Assembly: GCA_038826135.1 (NCBI GenBank)
Contig: JAWBON010000069.1
Span: forward strand, 1 to 6,221
DNA length: 6,221 nucleotides
Source: Candidatus Odinarchaeota archaeon
Lineage (GTDB): Archaea > Asgardarchaeota > Odinarchaeia > Odinarchaeales > Odinarchaeaceae
Direction: 5' to 3'
The position numbers and the translations under genes were made by a program. The notes below the pieces were generated by a model. That model worked only from the letters and a program-made list of their open reading frames with translations. It was not told the origin of the DNA and did not search any database. Below are positions 1-5,758 of the stretch, piece after piece; position 1 is the stretch's first letter; every line of letters starts with the position of its first letter.

Positions 1-14
1 TTTTTTCAGCAAAA
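1..14. terminator. Possible T-tract terminator(s) just past the arsC stop
   Basis: On the - strand, TTTT follows the TAG directly. On the + strand, T6 at 1-6 could terminate a convergent gene outside the window. Both tracts are short and weak evidence. Confidence 0.2.
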
Positions 15-419
15 CTAATCTAATCGATTTATCAATTCTTCAACTCTCTCTCTAACTTCATCGCGTATTTTTCTAGCCTCTTCTAAGTTTACAGCCTCTT
101 TAAAATCTTTTATTTTCCATTCAACTGTTTTTTCAGGCGGGGCTGAAGGGCAGGATTCAATGCAGCCCATTGTCACTATTAAAGCAGCCTCTCTTATCAT
201 TTCATATGTTAATTTTTTCGGTGTCTGAGTTGTTAAATCCACGCCGATTTCTTTCATGACTTTTACAGCTGTAGGATTTAATAATTCTCCTTTTTCAAGA
301 CCTGCACTGAACGCTTTATAATCAGGGTTCTTATTTAAAATATTGAAGAAAGCTTCAGCCACCTGGCTTCTTCCAGTATTCTCTCGACATACGAATAAAA
401 TCTTTTTCATATCTATCAT
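15..419 (-). CDS. arsC: Arsenate reductase / LMW protein-tyrosine-phosphatase-fold protein (ArsC family)
   Basis: P-loop ILFVC-RENTG-RSQ (CX5R with conserved Asn), AEAF, SAG, and the TMGCIESCP cysteine pair (C86/C90) typical of thiol-cascade ArsC. It also has the W-x-I-x-D acid loop and a C-terminal 'RKIRDEVRERV' helix. The real start may be the second ATG at 410 (MKKILFVC). Arsenate reductase versus phosphatase activity cannot be proven from sequence. Confidence 0.85.
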   Translation of the reverse strand: MIDMKKILFVCRENTGRSQVAEAFFNILNKNPDYKAFSAGLEKGELLNPTAVKVMKEIGVDLTTQTPKKLTYEMIREAALIVTMGCIESCPSAPPEKTVEWKIKDFKEAVNLEEARKIRDEVRERVEELINRLD

Positions 420-492
420 TTTATTTATTTTTAGATAATTTTTATACTTGATGTAAACATATTATTCTAAATAAATAATATGGTGGCGTGAC
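420..492. promoter_or_regulatory. Compact divergent promoter region between arsC and the tubulin cluster
   Basis: 73-bp, very AT-rich intergenic region. TTTTTATA at 439-446 reads as a TTTATA TATA box on the + strand and as TATAAAAA on the - strand. Perfect 10-bp inverted arms lie at 421-430 (TTATTTATTT) and 469-478 (AAATAAATAA), and a short palindrome ATGT-AA-ACAT at 451-460. A Shine-Dalgarno-like GGTGGCGTGA at 482-491 precedes the TTG at 493. Confidence 0.5.
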
Positions 493-1251
493 TTGGCTGA
501 AGCCGGCTTTCTCCCATTAGGTATTGAAGGTCTAGACGCTGCGTTAGGCGGTGGTGTTTTGAAGAACGGGATAGTTCTTATCTCCTTCGAACCAGGGTCT
601 GATGAATGGGCTTTCGGGTCAGAGATTATAAGAAACAGTTTAATTAGCGATGAATACGTTATTCACGTGGATTATGATCACGCGCCTGATTATTACGTTA
701 ATAGTATTGTAGGGTTAGGTGTTGAATCTTATAGTGCCCGCGATAAGCTTAGAAAAGAATATGATGCTGGAAAGGTAAGGTTTATTGACTGTTTTACAGC
801 GGAATCATCACAGGATAAGGTTAAACCAACAGCTTTCACAGTGATTTTAGATAACCCTTATAATCTCTCTAAACTGTTATTCACTATGAAGCAGGTTAGA
901 GAGTCTATTCCACACAGATCTGTTGTTAAATGGGTTTTCTCGAACATAACATCTCTGAGCATTAATCTTGCAGTCCAGGATATTGTTCGCTTCTGTCGAT
1001 CAGCTTTCAGGATGCATAAACAATTTAATGATCAAGCAATCTACTATGTTAACAGGGGCGCTCACCCGCCTGAATTCTTATCTCTTATATACCAGTTGGT
1101 GGATGTTGTAGTGGAGTTGAGAAATAAAGAGGTGGGTAACAGAGTGATGCGTTTTCTAAGAGTTGTTAAAAACCAGTTTAAAGAGCACATTGCATCCGAC
1201 CTAGTGTATAAAGTGGATAAGGGGAGGATTATTATAAGCTTATTGAAATAA
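493..1251 (+). CDS. KaiC/RAD55-like RecA-superfamily ATPase domain protein, predicted catalytically inactive
   Basis: The N-terminal 'LGIEGLDAALGGG' signature, 'VRFIDCFT', 'QLVDVVVEL' and 'RFLRVVK' follow the single-domain archaeal KaiC-like (COG0467-type) pattern over the full length. Walker A reads FEPGSDEW, the catalytic EE position reads YD, Walker B reads WVFSN, and the KMRG motif reads KNQF. TTG start with an upstream SD-like sequence. Confidence 0.8.
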   Translation: MAEAGFLPLGIEGLDAALGGGVLKNGIVLISFEPGSDEWAFGSEIIRNSLISDEYVIHVDYDHAPDYYVNSIVGLGVESYSARDKLRKEYDAGKVRFIDCFTAESSQDKVKPTAFTVILDNPYNLSKLLFTMKQVRESIPHRSVVKWVFSNITSLSINLAVQDIVRFCRSAFRMHKQFNDQAIYYVNRGAHPPEFLSLIYQLVDVVVELRNKEVGNRVMRFLRVVKNQFKEHIASDLVYKVDKGRIIISLLK

Positions 1252-1264
1252 TTTAAGTTTAAAA

Positions 1265-2902
1265 GTGATTTTTATGAGCGCGGATCTTGAAACACTAGCC
1301 GTCAACCTGAAGAACCTTGGGGACTCTGTGAAAATAATGTTTGAGAAAGCTTCGAGTATAATCCCTGAATCATCTGAAGCATTAGAGTTTATTAAGCTTC
1401 TATTAAACGATGTTGAAAAACTAGGATTAGAGTTAAAGCTCTCCGTTGAATCCTCAAGCGGTATAAAAGGGATTTTCGGCGCTAAAAAAAAGTATGCGAA
1501 AACACTGGGGGAGAAAATTAATAAACTGGAGGCCAACATTCTTGAAGGGCAGGTTAAAGCCTACAGTTACTATACTGATTATTTAACCAGTTTTGAAGGA
1601 GTGCTTCACGAAATAGAAAGAGACTACGAGCTTGTTAAAGATGAGAGTGTTAAGAGGAAAATGAATTGGAGCAGTCTGGTTAATATTAAACTTTCTATTG
1701 AAAACCTGAAATCAGTTAATTCGAATCTTAGCGATCGGATACTTAAATTGAAGTCTTCTAAAACTTTTAACATATCTGAACTGGTGGATTCAACTGACAG
1801 TATTTTAAAATGGCGTGGTGAAATTGAAAATTTAAAAAAAAGCCTGGAAGAATTACAGCGGAAACTAGCTTTCAGAAACATTCTCTTAGCGAAGATAATG
1901 GATATTCAGGGAAGCGTTGAAAAACAGAATGTTGAATTCTTTAAAACGATTCAAATAGATTTTTACGGGTTTCTTGAGAAATTAACCTCTCAAGTAACAG
2001 CGGAGAGAACCGATGACGTCTACTTGGAGGAGACTCTTCAACTATTAGATCCTATTAACACTTCTTTTAAAAATATTGCAGAAATAATCACGTCGCTCCA
2101 AGACGCGGGAATACCTTTAAACATAGTATTAGAGCAGTCTGATATCAAAAACGCTTTAACTCTTTTTAAAATAATACTGGAAAAATTTAGAATAGGCTTC
2201 AAAGAGTATATTGAACAAGAATATCTTTTCGTCGATAAGCTTAAACTAGCATGTTTAGAGCTTCACCCTGTGATTAAGAGTATTATAACCTACCTTGATA
2301 AACTAGGCGAAGCGCATAAAAATCTCAGAAACCTTATCTTAGGTGTAATCTCATCCTGGCTGATTAACTTTAAACAGAAAGGCGGTTGGGACGCTCTTAA
2401 AAAACTTTGCATCATATTAGAAAACTTTCTGTTAAACCATTATCCAGCGATTAATGAATGTATTAGAAATAGGATGCGGGGTGTGAACCCTAACACGATA
2501 CGTGGAGCCGCCTTATTTCAAAACTGTATACCCAGCGAATACCTTAAGGAACAATTCATATATGACACTATTCTACCTGTGATATTGAAGAACGAGGGTG
2601 TTGATGTGTTGATGAATGTTCTTCAAGCTTACGGTGAAAGAGGATGGATTAAACGAGCAGAGATTAAAAATATTTCAAGCGAATACATAGATAACTATCT
2701 TAAAACAACACCGTCTATTAAAATTGTAGACGTTAACGGCTATGAAATTCTGTTTTCACCTGAAATACTGCTTAAAAAAATTAAGAATATTTCCAACGAA
2801 TCTTTATATAACTACTTTAATAAATATGTATCAAACAGCGAACTGTGTAAAAAAATCTCAGAAGAAGTCTTTAAAAAACTATCTCAACAATCTAACACTT
2901 GA
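1265..2902 (+). CDS. Uncharacterised 545-aa alpha-helical/coiled-coil protein with a possible C-terminal winged-helix-like domain
   Basis: Long open frame filling the space between its neighbours (13-nt gap upstream, 34-nt gap downstream). L/I/E/K-rich amphipathic helices run over aa ~5-390. The C-terminal segment has a helix-strand-helix-helix-hairpin pattern (VLMNVLQAYGERGWIKRAEI...EYIDNYL...IKIVDVNGYEILFS). The likely start is ATG 1274, with GTGA at 1265-1268 acting as SD. No family recognised. Confidence 0.75.
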   Translation: MIFMSADLETLAVNLKNLGDSVKIMFEKASSIIPESSEALEFIKLLLNDVEKLGLELKLSVESSSGIKGIFGAKKKYAKTLGEKINKLEANILEGQVKAYSYYTDYLTSFEGVLHEIERDYELVKDESVKRKMNWSSLVNIKLSIENLKSVNSNLSDRILKLKSSKTFNISELVDSTDSILKWRGEIENLKKSLEELQRKLAFRNILLAKIMDIQGSVEKQNVEFFKTIQIDFYGFLEKLTSQVTAERTDDVYLEETLQLLDPINTSFKNIAEIITSLQDAGIPLNIVLEQSDIKNALTLFKIILEKFRIGFKEYIEQEYLFVDKLKLACLELHPVIKSIITYLDKLGEAHKNLRNLILGVISSWLINFKQKGGWDALKKLCIILENFLLNHYPAINECIRNRMRGVNPNTIRGAALFQNCIPSEYLKEQFIYDTILPVILKNEGVDVLMNVLQAYGERGWIKRAEIKNISSEYIDNYLKTTPSIKIVDVNGYEILFSPEILLKKIKNISNESLYNYFNKYVSNSELCKKISEEVFKKLSQQSNT

Positions 2903-2936
2903 AACTTCATAATTAAAATAATAGGCTGGACTGAAT

Positions 2937-4214
2937 ATGCCTGGAAGAGAAATATTAGTTTTACATGTAGGCCAAGGCGGTAACCAGATAGGTTACAATT
3001 TTTGGAAAACAATATGCGATGAACATCATATTGACATAAATAACACTCAGAAGAAGCCTGTTGACGAGGATAAAGTTGATTATAAATCCGTTTTCCTAGT
3101 TGAAGCCCCCGACGGCTTCCATCCCCGAGCGCTCTTCATCGACTTAGAGCCTTTAGCGGTTGAATTCTTGGTGAAAGAGAAAAAGCTTGCATCGTTTTTC
3201 TCAGAAGATCTTATGGTTTTAAGCTATTCAGGAGCTCATAACGTCTGGTCTATAGGCTATCAAACAGGTAAAAAACTGATCCCCGTGATCTTAGAGAAGA
3301 TAAGGGAGACAATGCCTGAAACACTTCAAGGATTTCTAATAATACACACTTTAGGAGGTGGAACCGGCAGCGGCTTCGGCTCCCTGATAACTGAAACTCT
3401 TAAAAAAGAATTCCCTGATAAAGGCATACTTAACTTCAGCATAATGCCCTCCGAAGTTAACGATATAACTCTTGCCCCCTACAACACTGTTTTAAGCATA
3501 AACCATTTATCTAAATTCTCAGATCTTGTAGTATTATTCGACAATACTGCTCTCATGCGGATAGTTAAAGACCAGCTTAACATCCCTATAATAAGACAGT
3601 TCTCTGATCTTAACTTTTTAATCGGCAGAGTTATGGCCTCCATCACAGCATCCCTAAGGTTTCCAGGCCAGCTTAACATGGATCTTATGGAGATGGCTCA
3701 TAATCTTGTAGCATTACCGGAAACAAAATTTATAATACCCTCCGTTGCACCTTTAACTAGAGAAGAGGGTGAAATATCCACGGAACTGGATCTTGTTGAA
3801 AGATGCTTCGACCCAACCCACTACATGGTAAACTGTAGCGGTCAAGGTAAAACACTATCCTCCGTTTTAATGTTTAGAGGAGATATCGCAATAGAGAATG
3901 TTTTCAGCATAATGGGCGATATTAAAACCAATGTTGAATTCGCTCCTGGAGTTCACCCTGACCTAGGCTTAAAATACGGTATGTGTGAGAGCGGCCCTGT
4001 AGAATTCGGTAAAGAAATAACACTTCTAACAAATAACACTATCATCTCGGAACCGTTCAACCGGGTGCTTGAACGCTTCGACTCGCTTTTCAACCGAAAC
4101 TGGTACATTAACCATTACGTTAACTCAGGCTTGTCTAAGACGGGTATGAAAGAAGCCCGCGACAATTTTGAAAAAATCATTAAAATATACAAGGAAATAG
4201 AGGGCTCCGGATAA
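2937..4214 (+). CDS. Eukaryote-type tubulin, OdinTubulin-like (Asgard archaeal tubulin)
   Basis: Tubulin-specific motifs that FtsZ lacks: N-terminal REILVLHVGQGGNQIG, EHHID, PRALFIDLEP, PYN, FDNTAL, DLN, SLRFPGQLNMDL..NLV, APLT and FD. The signature HTLGGGTGSG lies at aa 137-146 (GGGTGSG = 3354-3374), and the C-terminal H11-H12 helices are present. The length, the MPGREIL N-terminus and His393 match my recollection of the structurally characterised Odinarchaeota tubulin (not verified by search). Confidence 0.97.
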   Translation: MPGREILVLHVGQGGNQIGYNFWKTICDEHHIDINNTQKKPVDEDKVDYKSVFLVEAPDGFHPRALFIDLEPLAVEFLVKEKKLASFFSEDLMVLSYSGAHNVWSIGYQTGKKLIPVILEKIRETMPETLQGFLIIHTLGGGTGSGFGSLITETLKKEFPDKGILNFSIMPSEVNDITLAPYNTVLSINHLSKFSDLVVLFDNTALMRIVKDQLNIPIIRQFSDLNFLIGRVMASITASLRFPGQLNMDLMEMAHNLVALPETKFIIPSVAPLTREEGEISTELDLVERCFDPTHYMVNCSGQGKTLSSVLMFRGDIAIENVFSIMGDIKTNVEFAPGVHPDLGLKYGMCESGPVEFGKEITLLTNNTIISEPFNRVLERFDSLFNRNWYINHYVNSGLSKTGMKEARDNFEKIIKIYKEIEGSG

Positions 4215-4233
4215 TTTTCAAGAGGATCCGTAA

Positions 4234-5703
4234 ATGTCGAACAGCAATATAATCGAGGATTTCAATAATACGCTAAATCTTTTAATTCAAAAAATTTTCT
4301 TAAGCATTGAGCATATAATTATTGAAATGCATAGTCTTACCAGCTTACTAGAGAAAAACAATATCAAAATAGATAGTATCCGTGATTTTTTAGAAAAATT
4401 TAAAAAAAACTACATGTCAAACACTGGAAACACAGAGCAAAATTTGAAGGTAATCACCTCAATAGAGGACTTTTTAACATCTTATCACTGGGATGCTCAC
4501 GAATTCTATGACTCCTATAAGAAGCTGGTTGAGTCTTCCACAAGTTTTAAAGAAAGTCTTAAAAACTCTCTCACATCAATTCAAAAAAATATTAATCTCA
4601 TAACTAAAAGCTACGAGGATGAATCTAAAAAACTTATGGAAGAAAACAAGTCTCTTCAGAAAACTGTGAGCGAGATTCAAGCGAAAAACACATCATTACT
4701 AGAAGAAAAGAAAGCTCTCAACTCAAAGCTTGAACAGCTTAAACTCTCATATGATTCTTTAAATAAACAGTTCAACGAGCTTGAAAAAAACTATACCGTG
4801 AGTATTGAGAAAATCAGTAATCTCCAGAAATCTAATATTTCGCTTGAAAACAATCTTAAAACTGTTCAAGACAAATTTGACAAGATTAAAAGCAGTTTCA
4901 ACCAACTATACAACTCGTTTAACAGACTTCCAAGCAATGAACTAAAACTCCCCTCATATATTATTAAAAAATCTGTAAGACCGCCACCTGAGGTTGAACA
5001 GTTAGAAACGCTCTTCAAAAACATAGAGCTTCTAATAGAGCTTGACAATTCTCTTTTATCCTCGTACAGTAATAGTAGAGCTTTCAGTGAAGCCTTATTC
5101 AACAGCAACTACACTCAAATATTAAACCAGGTTTTCAAGAATATCATGGATATCGAGGACCAGGAGCATAATGAAATTGAACGTAAAATATGCGAGGTTG
5201 AAGCCTTAGCTAATGATCCGCAGCATATAAGATACATTCACACCGAGCTTTTTAAACCTTATATTAAAGCCGCTCGGACTCTGTTATCCACGCGGCAGAA
5301 AAAGATGGGTGAAGCCGCCTCTCAACTAATTGAAAAAGTTAAAGAAAAATTGGAAAACCAGGAGCTTAGGAAAATATTAATTCGAAGAACAGGTATAAGA
5401 AACACGGATATAGATGAATGTAGTATTCAAAGCTATGAGATACCTTTAGAAACCGATAATATCGACGCTTCACTGAGAAACCTGGTTGAATCATTAAACG
5501 ATGAAATAGCTGAGAGGAAAAGAGAACTGGTCACAATGTTCTTCGATTCCTGGCGTGAAACCGCTTTACAACTTACAGGGGGAGGGGTTGAAAAAATCGT
5601 TGCATATATTATTTTACTTATAACTAAACGCATACTTGATAAAACCAGTGTTAAAGACTCTGATCTGAGAAAACTGTTTAAGCGGAGCCTAATACTTGTT
5701 TAA
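4234..5703 (+). CDS. Uncharacterised 489-aa protein with a central long leucine-zipper coiled coil
   Basis: Starts 19 nt after the tubulin stop, with SD GAGGA at 4222-4226. An uninterrupted heptad repeat spans aa 134-232, followed by a Pro-rich linker (aa 233-252) and a helical C-terminal domain. No family recognised. Confidence 0.85.
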   Translation: MSNSNIIEDFNNTLNLLIQKIFLSIEHIIIEMHSLTSLLEKNNIKIDSIRDFLEKFKKNYMSNTGNTEQNLKVITSIEDFLTSYHWDAHEFYDSYKKLVESSTSFKESLKNSLTSIQKNINLITKSYEDESKKLMEENKSLQKTVSEIQAKNTSLLEEKKALNSKLEQLKLSYDSLNKQFNELEKNYTVSIEKISNLQKSNISLENNLKTVQDKFDKIKSSFNQLYNSFNRLPSNELKLPSYIIKKSVRPPPEVEQLETLFKNIELLIELDNSLLSSYSNSRAFSEALFNSNYTQILNQVFKNIMDIEDQEHNEIERKICEVEALANDPQHIRYIHTELFKPYIKAARTLLSTRQKKMGEAASQLIEKVKEKLENQELRKILIRRTGIRNTDIDECSIQSYEIPLETDNIDASLRNLVESLNDEIAERKRELVTMFFDSWRETALQLTGGGVEKIVAYIILLITKRILDKTSVKDSDLRKLFKRSLILV

Positions 5704-5758
5704 AATATTTTAATATAATTGAAACTATAATTTTATTATTGTTTTATGAGGCGGTTGA
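5704..5758 (+). promoter_or_regulatory. Intergenic region with a candidate TATA box, T-rich tracts and an RBS for the HMA-thioredoxin gene
   Basis: TTTAATATA at 5709-5717. The T-rich TTTTATTATTGTTTT is a possible weak archaeal terminator for the tubulin cluster. SD-like GAGGCGGT at 5748-5755 precedes ATG 5759. AT-richness makes chance matches likely. Confidence 0.4.

Noticed and set aside
1240-1539. 99-aa minus-strand ORF
   Set aside because: Antisense shadow of the 545-aa CDS. S/F/L-rich composition is typical of the reverse complement of a K/E-rich gene, and no motif is present.
1484-1841. A8 homopolymer runs (1484-1491 and 1834-1841) as frameshift or phase-variation sites
   Set aside because: The reading frame is intact, such runs are expected from Lys codons in AT-rich DNA, and no alternative-frame product or stimulatory structure is evident.
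1624-1881. 85-aa minus-strand ORF
   Set aside because: Fully nested antisense to the 545-aa CDS, with shadow-like composition and no recognisable domain.
3479-3679. 66-aa minus-strand ORF
   Set aside because: Antisense to the highly conserved tubulin core; no independent evidence.
2937-4214. Alternative call as FtsZ, CetZ or TubZ
   Set aside because: REI..HVGQ.GNQIG, PRAL.IDLEP, PYN, LRFPG.LN.DL and the H11-H12 extension are tubulin-specific. The FtsZ motifs (GVGGGG.NA, NTD, DFAD) are absent.
4866-5108. 80-aa minus-strand ORF
   Set aside because: Antisense shadow of the 489-aa CDS; S/L-rich with no motif.
4954-5445. SxIP-like EB-binding motifs in the rod protein (SYII, SYEIP)
   Set aside because: Neither matches S-x-I-P exactly, and no EB homolog is present in the window.
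5433-5633. 66-aa minus-strand ORF
   Set aside because: Antisense shadow of the 489-aa CDS; no supporting signals.
435-5740. ATAATTTT(T)AT(T)A similarity in both flanking intergenic regions as a target-site duplication
   Set aside because: Short, imperfect and made only of A/T; better explained as TATA-like or low-complexity sequence.
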